A stretch of 57,881 nt of DNA from Mycobacteriales bacterium (GTDB lineage: Bacteria > Actinomycetota > Actinomycetes > Mycobacteriales > QHCE01). Positions within the stretch are counted from its first letter, which is position 1; each line of letters opens with the position of its first letter. The notes below the pieces were generated by a model. It was not told the DNA's origin, searched no databases, and saw only the letters and a list, made by a program, of their open reading frames with translations. Both the position numbers and the translations under genes were made by a program. The stretch is from contig JBBSOC010000006.1 of assembly GCA_038260095.1 (NCBI GenBank), positions 1 to 57,881 of the forward strand. Reading direction: 5' to 3'. Positions 19,044 to 28,099 of the stretch are shown here, in pieces.

Positions 19044-19844
19044 CTAGCTCATCACTACATGGCGTTTCGCGGTGGCACTGTCTCTGGTGGCACTGTCTCT
19101 GGTGGCACTGTCGGTAGTGGCGCTGTCTGAGCAAGGATCCGATACACCTGCTGCCCTGCCCGTCCCCGCCTTATACCCCACGCCGCGCACGGTAAGCACA
19201 ACTTGAGGATTTTCTGGATCCCGCTCCACTTTGGAGCGAAGTCGCTGTACATGCACATTGACTAACCGAGTGTCGGCCGCATGCCGGTAGCCCCATACCT
19301 GCTCGAGTAACAACTCCCGAGAAAACACCTGTCGCGGTTTACTGGCCAGCGCAACAAGCAGGTCAAACTCTAACGGAGTCAGTGCTAAACGTTCGCCAGA
19401 CCGGCTCACTTCATGGCCTGCGACATCGATCACAACAGGATCCTCCGGGGCTCCGATCTGGAACCGCTGAACCACTACCGATTCACGACTGCGCAGCCGA
19501 GCGCGAATGCGAGCAACGAGCTCCTTGGGACGAAAAGGTTTGACCACATAATCGTCGGCGCCCGACTCCAAGCCAAGCACCACATCGATGGTGTCGCTCT
19601 TGGCCGTGAGCATCACAATGGGCACACCGGACTCTTCCCGGATCGCTTTGCATACGTCAATGCCACTCATACCCGGCAGCATCAGGTCCAGTAAAACCAA
19701 ATCTGGCTTGCTCTCCCGAAAAACTGTAAGCGCACGGTCACCGTTAGTCACAAAAATCGGGGCAAATCCTTCGCTCCGAAGCACGATGCCAAGCATTTCC
19801 GCCAACGCGGGATCATCGTCGACTACTAAGACTCGCAATGTCAT
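19044..19844 (-). CDS. mtrA: Response regulator MtrA with repeat-derived C-terminal extension
   Basis: VLVVDDDPALAEMLGIVL, WGYRHAADTRLVNVHVQRLRSK. Confidence 0.96.
   Translation of the reverse strand: MTLRVLVVDDDPALAEMLGIVLRSEGFAPIFVTNGDRALTVFRESKPDLVLLDLMLPGMSGIDVCKAIREESGVPIVMLTAKSDTIDVVLGLESGADDYVVKPFRPKELVARIRARLRSRESVVVQRFQIGAPEDPVVIDVAGHEVSRSGERLALTPLEFDLLVALASKPRQVFSRELLLEQVWGYRHAADTRLVNVHVQRLRSKVERDPENPQVVLTVRGVGYKAGTGRAAGVSDPCSDSATTDSATRDSATRDSATAKRHVVMS
19071..19130. repeat. 15-bp tandem repeat, 4 copies (GGTGGCACTGTCTCT), encoding DSAT(R/T)
   Basis: Copies at 19071, 19086, 19101 and 19116; the last two are degenerate. Confidence 0.9.
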
Positions 19845-19925
19845 GCATGACATGGTGTCACCCCTGTCCGCGGTTGCGATGACCCCCCTGACGATTTTTC
19901 GCATATGCGACAACCAAAGGTGATG

Positions 19926-21911
19926 TTATCGCGGTTCAGGGATAGATGGCGCGACAGAATCAACACTGACGCTGGCTCTGATCATCTCCATAACTCCGCC
20001 TTCGGCCAGGGCAGTGACGTCACCGAGCTCGCGGCGGTCGGCGACGTCACGCAGCAAGCGACGCATAATCTTTCCAGAACGAGTCTTGGGTAGCTCGGGA
20101 ACCACCATGAGCTGTCGCGGTTTGGCAATAGCGCCGATCTGATCGGTCACGTGGCGACGCAGCTGAGTCAGTAGGACCTGCGCAGCACCGCAATCATGCT
20201 CGCCGCGCAGAATAACAAACCCCACAATGCCCTGCCCGGTCAGGCAATCATGAGCGCCGACCACGGCAGCCTCCGCAACAGCCGGGTGGCTGGCCAAGGC
20301 GGACTCCACCTCGGTAGTGGAGATGCGGTGGCCGGATACGTTCATCACATCATCCACGCGCCCCAGCAGCCACAGATCGCCGTCCTCGTCTTTCTTGGCA
20401 CCATCTCCCGCAAAGTAATATCCCTGCTCGGCATAGCGCGACCAGTACGTGTCCTGGTACCGCTGCGCATCACCCCAGATGCCGCGCAGCATGGCAGGCC
20501 ACGGCTCGGTGAGCGCAAGGTAGCCGCCCTCACCGTAAGACACTGAATTACCAGTCTCATCAACCACGTCCGCGCTAATTCCCGGAAGTGCCCGTTGCGC
20601 AGACCCCGGTTTTGTGCTGCTCACACCAGGAAGTGGGCTGATCATGATTGCACCGGTTTCAGTCTGCCACCAGGTATCCACAACCGGGCAACGCCCGCGG
20701 CCTACATGTTCCCGATACCACATCCATGCCTCCGGATTAATCGGCTCACCGACCGAGCCCAACACTCGCAGCGATGACAATTCGTACTGTGCTGGCAGCT
20801 GCTCCCCCCAGCGCATAAATGTCCGAATCACCGTCGGCGCGGTATATAAAATGGAGACTCGATACTTGTCAATGAGCTCCCAGAAGCGGCCTTGATGCGG
20901 CGTATCCGGCGCGCCTTCGTACATGACTTGAGTGACCCGATTGCTGAGCGGTCCATACACGATGTAGCTGTGGCCTGTGATCCAACCGACGTCGGCGGCG
21001 CACCAATACACGTCAGTATCGGCCTTGTGATCAAAGACCGCATGGTGGGTATAACTAACCTGCGTGAGGTACCCGCCGCTGGTATGCAAAATGCCTTTGG
21101 GCTCGGCCGTAGTGCCAGAGGTGTACAAAATGAACAACGGATGTTCAGAGTCAAAAGCCTGCCAGGCATGCTCAGTGGATTGGGCGTCCACGAGGTCATG
21201 CCACCAAATGTCTCGTCCGGCGCGCCATGACACGTCCTGACCAGTGCGCCGGACCACCAAAACTGTCTCAATGGCAGTGCCTTCGACGGCTTCATCGGCG
21301 ATAGCCTTCAGCGTATGGGCGCTCCCGCGCCGGAAACCGCCATCAGCGGTGATCAACACCGCTGCACCAGCGTCATTGGCTCGGCTACGCAAACTCTGCG
21401 CGGAGAAGCCGCCAAACACAACGCTGTGCACAGCGCCAATCCGAGCGCACGCCAGCATTGAGATCGCGGCCTCGGGGATCATCGGCAGGTAGATCATGAC
21501 TCGGTCACCAGGGCGTACGCCCAGCGACGTCAGCGCGTGAGCCGCTTTGCTGACTTCCTGTTGTAGCTGGCAATAGCTCAGGGAGCGAGTATCCCCGGGT
21601 TCACCTTCCCAATGAATTGCGATGTGGTCGCCGTATCCGGCTTCTACATGCCGATCCACACAGTTGTAGGCAACGTTGAGCTTCCCACCGACAAACCACT
21701 GCGCGAATGGAGGCTCCCAGTTCAACGCCGCATGCCATGGCTGCGACCAGCTCAGTCTCCGAGCTTGCTCCTCCCAAAACAGTAATCGATCTTGCTCAGC
21801 CTGGGCGTAAGCGGCTTCGGTGACGTTAGCTGAGGCAGCAAGCTCGGTCGGAGGATCAAAATGACGATCCTCATGCAGCAGATTCGACAGCGCAGATTCC
21901 ATGGGGGTCAC
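19926..21911 (-). CDS. acs: Acetyl-CoA synthetase
   Basis: YTSGTTAEPKG, SVGEPINPEAW, DTWWQTETG, LPKTRSGKIMRR. Confidence 0.97.
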   Translation of the reverse strand: MTPMESALSNLLHEDRHFDPPTELAASANVTEAAYAQAEQDRLLFWEEQARRLSWSQPWHAALNWEPPFAQWFVGGKLNVAYNCVDRHVEAGYGDHIAIHWEGEPGDTRSLSYCQLQQEVSKAAHALTSLGVRPGDRVMIYLPMIPEAAISMLACARIGAVHSVVFGGFSAQSLRSRANDAGAAVLITADGGFRRGSAHTLKAIADEAVEGTAIETVLVVRRTGQDVSWRAGRDIWWHDLVDAQSTEHAWQAFDSEHPLFILYTSGTTAEPKGILHTSGGYLTQVSYTHHAVFDHKADTDVYWCAADVGWITGHSYIVYGPLSNRVTQVMYEGAPDTPHQGRFWELIDKYRVSILYTAPTVIRTFMRWGEQLPAQYELSSLRVLGSVGEPINPEAWMWYREHVGRGRCPVVDTWWQTETGAIMISPLPGVSSTKPGSAQRALPGISADVVDETGNSVSYGEGGYLALTEPWPAMLRGIWGDAQRYQDTYWSRYAEQGYYFAGDGAKKDEDGDLWLLGRVDDVMNVSGHRISTTEVESALASHPAVAEAAVVGAHDCLTGQGIVGFVILRGEHDCGAAQVLLTQLRRHVTDQIGAIAKPRQLMVVPELPKTRSGKIMRRLLRDVADRRELGDVTALAEGGVMEMIRASVSVDSVAPSIPEPR

Positions 21912-21995
21912 CTTTATCCTTTATTTCATAGGGAAATATCGCGATTAGGCTCGACAGTAATAGAAGTTCAGCGCCTTTTACTAAAAAGATCGAAG

Positions 21996-22312
21996 TCAGT
22001 AACTCGCACGCGCTAAAAAGTTGAGCATGTCGTGTCGCGTCACCACACCCACCGGCTCGCCGTCTCGAAGCACCATTGCGGCATCAGCATTCGCCAACGC
22101 CGTCAGCGCATCAGTGACCGCGGCGCCTTCACCAAATACGGTCGACCACTACCGCCGGAGTAGACCGAACCGCCGGGGTTGAGGTATTCCAGCTTGGCCA
22201 ACACCAGCGAGCCACTGTGCTGATTCTGCTGAGGGCCGGTTGTGAGCACCGATCGCAGCGCAACCATAGGAGTGTCACCGATGAGGTCCACGACAGAGTC
22301 CGCATAACGCAT
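21996..22312 (-). pseudogene. cbs: Cystathionine beta-synthase pseudogene (two large internal deletions)
   Basis: N-terminus IGDTPMV...KLEYLNPGGSV fused to mid-gene YSGGSGRPYLV, then a frameshifted CBS-domain tail ADAAMVLRDGEPVGVVTRHDMLNFL. Confidence 0.88.
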
Positions 22313-22376
22313 TCGACCAATCTAACTGCCAGCACCTAATCGGCTCGACCGAGACAAGGGAGTTAACCTTGATGTT

Positions 22377-23480
22377 GTGAGTCCCATATCTCGAACACGC
22401 GGCATTGCACTAAAAATCGCGGCCGGGGGCAGCTTGGGGATGCTGGGCCTAGTGGCTATCGGGCATGTCATTAAGTCGCAAGCGGGCAAATTTCGTTCAG
22501 ACGTTGACATCTTGCGGACCGCACCAGCCTGCGAAGCTACCTACGGTGGTACATATTCAGGCACCCGGATCGAGTTCGTACTGATGGGTGACTCCACCGC
22601 TGCCGGGGTAGGTGTAACGCTTGCCGCGCAAACACCAGGTGCGGTGATGGCACACCAACTGGCCACAGCGCTAAACAGGCCAGTCCGGCTGCGGTGCCCC
22701 GCAGTACCCGGAGCACTCAGTGCGGGACTGACCGCTCAGGTCGCCAGCATCGTGCCAAGGCCACCCGATCTCGTGCTGATTTTTATCGGCGCCAATGACA
22801 TCACACATCGCACCCGTACATCTGTGGCGGTCGCGCAGCTAGACAGAGCTGTCCGTGAGCTGATAGCCAGCGGAGCGAAAGTCGTTGTAGGAACCTGCCC
22901 AGACTTAAGTTCTCTGGAAGGTATGCAGCCCCCGCTGCGCTGGATCACCCAGTTCTGGTGCCGAGAACTCGCGGCGGCGCAGACAATGGCGGCGGTGCGC
23001 GCCGGGGCTCGCACTGTTTCTTTGGTCAACACACTGCGGGCCGAGTTTGGCTCACGACCCCACGAGTTCTTCGCGGAAGACCGCTTCCACCCATCAGCGG
23101 CCGGATACTTGCGGGCTGCCGAGGCTATGCTGCCGTCCCTGATTGAGGCCTTGGGCTACGCAGGCGAGCTTGCCCCAACGCCATCGCGCCCATGGTCGCT
23201 GGTTCGTGCGCCGCGAAGCGGGCTACGCCCCCTGGCCAAAGCCGCGGTAGATGCTGCCGACACAGCGGGCACCGAGGTAACTGGCGTGCCCGCGCTCCAG
23301 GGACACCGTGGCATGTGGGGACAGCTGCGCAACAGACTGACCGAAGCCACACAGCTAGCTCGCCAACAGCTGCCGCGCCTCAATGGTCGCCGCGGCGTAA
23401 ATGCCGGCGCTGACCTCAACGGTGACGCCACGCAACGCAGCCTCAAGGTCGTGGGAGACAACGGCAAACTGGTCGACTAG
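22377..23480 (+). CDS. SGNH/GDSL hydrolase (Rv1075c-like)
   Basis: GDSTAAG, IGANDIT, DRFHPS; divergent from cbs as usual. Confidence 0.9.
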   Translation: MSPISRTRGIALKIAAGGSLGMLGLVAIGHVIKSQAGKFRSDVDILRTAPACEATYGGTYSGTRIEFVLMGDSTAAGVGVTLAAQTPGAVMAHQLATALNRPVRLRCPAVPGALSAGLTAQVASIVPRPPDLVLIFIGANDITHRTRTSVAVAQLDRAVRELIASGAKVVVGTCPDLSSLEGMQPPLRWITQFWCRELAAAQTMAAVRAGARTVSLVNTLRAEFGSRPHEFFAEDRFHPSAAGYLRAAEAMLPSLIEALGYAGELAPTPSRPWSLVRAPRSGLRPLAKAAVDAADTAGTEVTGVPALQGHRGMWGQLRNRLTEATQLARQQLPRLNGRRGVNAGADLNGDATQRSLKVVGDNGKLVD

Positions 23481-23702
23481 CGCGAAATCGCTATCTAGCC
23501 TGGGAACCTCGCGCCGCGGAAGCTGGCGAGCAGTTGCCGCATAGTCAGCCCACAACTGTAGGACGCGATGTACGCCGTCACCCTCAACGCGCCATTTGAC
23601 GGCAGTCCACCCGGCAAACTGGGCTAGACACCGCTGCGCCGCCGCGTGGAATTCCACGGCGGCGGCGCAGACGTCGCTTTCGCTGCCGCTACTTTCGGGC
23701 AT
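23355..23702 (-). CDS. Conserved hypothetical protein downstream of the Bax-inhibitor gene
   Basis: PRREVPRLDSDFALVDQFAVVSHDL resembles a small actinomycete family; start overlaps the upstream stop region. Confidence 0.55.
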   Translation of the reverse strand: MPESSGSESDVCAAAVEFHAAAQRCLAQFAGWTAVKWRVEGDGVHRVLQLWADYAATARQLPRREVPRLDSDFALVDQFAVVSHDLEAALRGVTVEVSAGIYAAATIEARQLLAS

Positions 23703-24552
23703 ATCCCAGCAGACGCAGAATCTCTAGGTAAAGCCAGACTAAGCCGACTAAAATGCCGAATGCGCAATACCAGGAGTACCGGCGCTCAAGGCCCATAGCT
23801 ACACCTTGCTCGACTGCGGCGAAATCGACGATGAACGTCATAGCGGCTAGCCCGATCGCAAACAGGCTGAACGCAATGGCCAACGGTGATCCGTCACGCA
23901 GTCCCAGACCGGTACCACTATTAACACCGAACAGCCCTAAACCCAGGTTCAGCAGCGCGAGAGCGAGAAACCCGAAGAGAGCTCCGGTCACCCACTTAAC
24001 GAATGTGGGGGTAGCTCGGAGCACCTTCAGCTTGTACAGCGCGGCCATCGCGAAGAACACCCCGAACGTGCCAACGACGGCTTGCAACACAATGCCGCTG
24101 TCATATACCGAGGCATACCAGCGACTGACGACGCCGACTAGCACGCCTTCCACCACCGCATAACTGCCGATCAGGTACGGATTGGTGATTTGCTTGAACG
24201 AAATCACTAACCCCAGAACTAGCCCGACGATGACCGAACCAGCTAACGCTACGCCGGTCATCGTGCCGTTATCGGGAAGCAGCAGCCACGCCAGCGCGGC
24301 TGTGAGACCTGTAATGCTGAGCAGCGAGACGGTGCGCACCACTACGTCGTCAACCGTCATAGGTTGATCGTTTGCCGGCGCGTAAGGCGCATAGCTGGTC
24401 GAATACGGTTGTGTGGCAGAGCTACCGCCATAGCCGGGGCCGTAACCAGCGCCTCCCACACTCTGTTCCTGTAGTACGGGTGAACGACGCAGCCCGGTAT
24501 GGCGGCTTGCGCGTTCGGTAAGTTTGCCCAGAACCGGGTTCCTGCTCTTCAC
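23689..24552 (-). CDS. Bax inhibitor-1/YccA-family membrane protein
   Basis: SRNPVL, PMTVDDVVVRT, VWLYLEILRLL; GGAGG RBS before GTG 24552. Confidence 0.92.
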   Translation of the reverse strand: MKSRNPVLGKLTERASRHTGLRRSPVLQEQSVGGAGYGPGYGGSSATQPYSTSYAPYAPANDQPMTVDDVVVRTVSLLSITGLTAALAWLLLPDNGTMTGVALAGSVIVGLVLGLVISFKQITNPYLIGSYAVVEGVLVGVVSRWYASVYDSGIVLQAVVGTFGVFFAMAALYKLKVLRATPTFVKWVTGALFGFLALALLNLGLGLFGVNSGTGLGLRDGSPLAIAFSLFAIGLAAMTFIVDFAAVEQGVAMGLERRYSWYCAFGILVGLVWLYLEILRLLGYARK

Positions 24553-24781
24553 GGTGCCTCCTTGAGAACCTGGCGCTCCGCCAGTGGGACGGGCAGACGA
24601 TGCACGTTCCATTACCGAGCCTAGCGCGCCGGGTTAACGGTCGCAGCACACTAGGCGAAAAATGAAACTGCCCTACATTTTTCTGTCGACGAACTCGGCC
24701 GTTTCGCCGTTTTGAGGCCAAAAACCGCCGAGGCGGAGGCGCTGTGCCAATTTGGCAGAACAACCATTGCCCTGGGCCCGA

Positions 24782-24922
24782 AAAATCGAGGGATGGACGA
24801 CAAGTTCGTTCGTTTCGATCCCAACATTGTTCACATCCGCTCTGCACCGGCTTACCGGCGAAGAATGGGCTTTCGTCTACCGGAACATGCGCGAAGACCG
24901 CGATCAGATCGGAGGTCGGTAA
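24782..24922 (+). pseudogene. C-terminal fragment of a paralog of the 25456-25917 protein
   Basis: Translates as ...IPTLFTSALHRLTGEEWAFVYRNMREDRDQIGGR*, aligning with IPSLVTAAAKRRSGDEWAFIFRNMRKRLE. Confidence 0.75.
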
Positions 24923-24934
24923 CGGCAGTTTGGT

Positions 24935-25388
24935 TCAAGCGGCTTTTTCGAAGGCCTTGATCACCTCGATGCCGAGCTGTAAGGGTGAGTCGTACGTGAA
25001 TGTGCGCATCTCGTCCTCAATTGGCGTGAATCCGCGCCGCGATCCTTCGTTGCGCTTCGGAGTTATCTCGACGGACTCTCCCTCGCCGGACGGCTCGACG
25101 TACACCCCGACCGACCGCGTTCCCCTCGCATAGGCGGCATAGCTGAACAATCCGAACAGATCTAGGAGCGGCTGTGCCGATTTGACGTCCCGTCCCGGGA
25201 CGTCCATGCCTCCACGGGATTGACCCAGCGCATGACTAATGACCCCGCCCAGCTCACTCGCCGAGGACTCCTGTGGCAATCGGGCCGGCGTGCCGTCGAG
25301 CACCCAGAATCCAGCGGACGTCTTCGACGTAGGCGCAGACGATGTATTCGCCCTGCCGTAGGTCGACGTTCGCTAGTTTCCTCATCAT
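24935..25388 (-). pseudogene. CdiI (DUF1436)-like immunity protein with a single +1 frameshift
   Basis: Removing one base near 25328 gives MRKLANVDLRQGEYIVCAYSKTSAGFWVLDG...SELGGVISHALGQSR...ITPKRNEGSRRGF; GGAGG RBS. Confidence 0.7.
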
Positions 25389-25455
25389 GATCCTCCGGGA
25401 CCATCAATTTTACGCCCTTCGATGCCCAAAGCAAGGCTGCCGACTAAGAACCCGC

Positions 25456-25917
25456 TTATTCCAGACGCTTGCGCATGTTTCGAAAAATAAATGCCCATTC
25501 GTCGCCGCTGCGACGCTTCGCCGCAGCAGTCACAAGGCTCGGAATCTCGAGCTGGGTGTCAATGCTGGGCATCTCCACAGCGATGTAGGCTTTGCCGTCG
25601 TCATACCCGACCGGCTTGTTCGTCCATTGGAATCCCAGCCCATTAACGAATGTGACTCCGACGAAGCGGATGAACTTGTCGAACATTTCGCGATTGGCCG
25701 ACACCAACGCATCATCGATGCCGGAGAACCGACGGAGCATCTCTGCTTCAGCTACCCGCAGGCCGGCTTCTGAGTAGGGATCATCTGGCATACCCACTAC
25801 ATCGCCGGCCAGGAACTCGCAATCGAGTAAGTAGTCGTTCATCGCAAGCCAGGCCTGGAAGCCCTCATCGCGCGGAACTGTGCCGCCTTCCCGCGAAGTG
25901 GATGATTGTTCTGACAT
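25456..25917 (-). CDS. Hypothetical protein, putative polymorphic-toxin immunity protein
   Basis: Small acidic 153-aa ORF with GGAGG RBS; FIRFVGVTF and RRSGDEWAFIF motifs; adjacent to the CdiI-like gene. Confidence 0.55.
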   Translation of the reverse strand: MSEQSSTSREGGTVPRDEGFQAWLAMNDYLLDCEFLAGDVVGMPDDPYSEAGLRVAEAEMLRRFSGIDDALVSANREMFDKFIRFVGVTFVNGLGFQWTNKPVGYDDGKAYIAVEMPSIDTQLEIPSLVTAAAKRRSGDEWAFIFRNMRKRLE

Positions 25918-26102
25918 AGCCACCTCCCTGCCACCATGTAGTTGAATCGCCAAGATACTCCTTAATCAATTCGTGTAGTCGTTACGCGCGACGACCTTAC
26001 GGCTATGACGTTCCCAGGATGGGACTTGCCCATACCGCCCCGTCAGGCCCAATCAAACGCGACCACATCAAGATCTATTACTGACAGCTGTACCGTTTGC
26101 AC

Positions 26103-27089
26103 ATGGCTCAGATAGTGGTTTTGGGTGGTGGCGTTTCTGGTCTGTCGAGCGCCGTTCGTCTGCTCGAACATGGTCATTCTGTTGAGGTGCTCGCGCGAGA
26201 AGTGACGCCGCACACAACATCGGATACGGCGGCGGCGATCTGGGCGCCATACCGTGTCGAATTGGGCGATCTCATCGAGCATTGGTCTATGGCTTCTTTT
26301 AGACAGTTCCAGCAACTAGCCGCCGACGAGAATTCTGGCGTGGTCATGAGAGAAGGAACCTTCGGATTCGCCTCCTCGGCTCCTCCTGATTGGACCAACG
26401 GCATTCCTGAGGCGCGACTAGCCAATGAACAGGAGCGTCCTGTCGGTTGCGGTAGTGGCCTTATCGCCCGAGTACCTGCGATCGAGATGAATCGCTACAT
26501 GCCTTGGCTCCTTGCGCGAGTCAAAGCGTTGGGGGCTTTTGTCACGAGGACGGAAGTGACATCATTCGACGAAATCTGCCGCTCAACAGACGCCATTGTC
26601 AACGCGACTGGCCTCGGTGCACGAGGATTGGCCAATGACACAGACCTGTACCCCGTTCGGGGCCGAATCGTTTTAGTTGAACAGATCGGGTTGGAACGAT
26701 TCCTCGACATCGAAGCGGGAGACTGGCCGATAGGAATTTTCCCTCGTCACGATGACATCGTTTTGACCGGTGCATACGAGATCAACGAGACCTCACTCAA
26801 GGTGCCCGACGGAATGGATGAGGGAATCGTGGGGCGGTGTGTTGCCTTTGAACCAAGGCTGGCGCAAGCCCGGCGCCTTGGCGCAATGAGCGGACTTCGG
26901 CCTGCTCGCGATGTCGTCCGACTCGAGCTTGACCGGACCACTGACAAAATGCCCGTCGTGCATAACTACGGGCACGGCGGCAGCGGAGTCACACTCTCAT
27001 GGGGATGCGCTGACGATGTGGTTGACCTCATCGACAAAGCGTGCGGTATGACTGCCGAAGCGGAGATTCCGAAGACGAAACTAGCGTAA
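26103..27089 (+). CDS. D-amino-acid oxidase-family FAD oxidoreductase
   Basis: VVLGGGVSGLSSA, TTSDTAAAIW, GLRPAR, HNYGHGGSGVTLSWGCA. Confidence 0.9.
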   Translation: MAQIVVLGGGVSGLSSAVRLLEHGHSVEVLAREVTPHTTSDTAAAIWAPYRVELGDLIEHWSMASFRQFQQLAADENSGVVMREGTFGFASSAPPDWTNGIPEARLANEQERPVGCGSGLIARVPAIEMNRYMPWLLARVKALGAFVTRTEVTSFDEICRSTDAIVNATGLGARGLANDTDLYPVRGRIVLVEQIGLERFLDIEAGDWPIGIFPRHDDIVLTGAYEINETSLKVPDGMDEGIVGRCVAFEPRLAQARRLGAMSGLRPARDVVRLELDRTTDKMPVVHNYGHGGSGVTLSWGCADDVVDLIDKACGMTAEAEIPKTKLA

Positions 27090-27108
27090 ACGCACTCTGA
27101 ACAGGACC

Positions 27109-27259
27109 TTCGCGCCCAGGAGAAGGCTCGGCCACACCCACCGTCGAATGCCCGCATGGGCAACATCTCATTCTTCGTGCCCAGGACGGGATTCGGCCAC
27201 ACCACCGTCGAATGCCCGCATGGGCAACATCTCATTCTTCGTGCCCAGGACGGGATTCG
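27109..27259 (-). repeat. Tandem duplication containing the tRNA-Leu 3' end (att-like)
   Basis: 65/64-bp units at 27128-27192 and 27193-27256; TTCGTGCCCAGGACGGGATTCG at 27174 and 27238, with a degenerate copy at 27109. Confidence 0.92.
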
Positions 27260-27326
27260 AACCCGTACGCCCCTTCCGGAGCAGCCATTTTTAAGACGGC
27301 CGTGTCTGCCATTCCACCACCCGGGC
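27242..27326 (-). tRNA. tRNA-Leu(TAA)
   Basis: Acceptor stem GCCCGGG/CCTGGGC-A, D-loop GGAATGGCAGAC, anticodon loop CTTAAAA, long variable arm, GGTTCGAATCC; CCA not encoded. Confidence 0.97.
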
Positions 27327-27361
27327 CACGCGATGTGCTAACGCTAGGCGCTGGACTTAGC

Positions 27362-28099
27362 CTACGGGGCTCGGCCCAAGCCCAGCTCCACCGCGCGGGT
27401 AAACACATCATCAAGCATGACAGCGGTCAATGTACCGGTGAACGTATTCTGCTGGCTGACGTGGTAGCAACCGAGCACCGTCAGCGCGTGGTGCGGGTTA
27501 GTCACACCAACGTCAACGCCGTGGCCAAATCGGGGCGCAGGAACTGGAATAGTGAAGCCCAAACGCCGCAGCGCGGGCCACAGTGCAGTCCACGCGAAGC
27601 CGCCCAGCGCCACCACCACACGTAACGTCGGCAGCAGTAGAGCTAGCTCACGATCCAACCACTGTGCGCAAGTATCGCGCTCGAGCGGCGTAGGTTTGTT
27701 CTGTGGCGGGGCGCACCGTACGGCGGCAAAGATCCGCGTCGAGTGCAAAGCCAAACCGTCGTCAGCACTGACGCTGTGTGGCTGATTTGCCAGGCCGGCT
27801 CGGTGTAGGGCGGCAAAAAGCCAGTCGCCACTGCGGTCACCGGTGAAGATCCGCCCTGTCCGATTGCCGCCGTGCGCGGCCGGCGCCAGACCCAGGATGC
27901 CGATCGAGGCGTCAGCCGGACCAAAGCTCGGGACAGGCCTGCCCCAGTACACCTGGTCGGCAAAAGCGGCACGTTTCTCCCGCGCAACCTGCTCGCGCCA
28001 GGCAACTAACCGCGGGCAGGCACAGCAGTCAGAGACAGCGGCATCCAGCTGATTCAGTGAACGCACCTTAGTGACCTCAGGTAGGTATGCGTTCATCAT
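27362..28099 (-). CDS. udgB: Family 5 uracil-DNA glycosylase
   Basis: [12 protein letters not shown] Fe-S motif, [29 protein letters not shown]. Confidence 0.93.
   Translation of the reverse strand: MMNAYLPEVTKVRSLNQLDAAVSDCCACPRLVAWREQVAREKRAAFADQVYWGRPVPSFGPADASIGILGLAPAAHGGNRTGRIFTGDRSGDWLFAALHRAGLANQPHSVSADDGLALHSTRIFAAVRCAPPQNKPTPLERDTCAQWLDRELALLLPTLRVVVALGGFAWTALWPALRRLGFTIPVPAPRFGHGVDVGVTNPHHALTVLGCYHVSQQNTFTGTLTAVMLDDVFTRAVELGLGRAP

Noticed and set aside
19036-19134. His/Cys-rich QRQCH N-terminal extension of MtrB as a metal-binding domain
   Set aside because: It is the alternative frame of the 15-bp repeat, read from a weak TTG; GTG 19035 fits typical MtrB
27109-27259. Possible CRISPR array
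   Set aside because: The intervening sequences are identical, the repeat is the tRNA 3' end, and there are no cas genes
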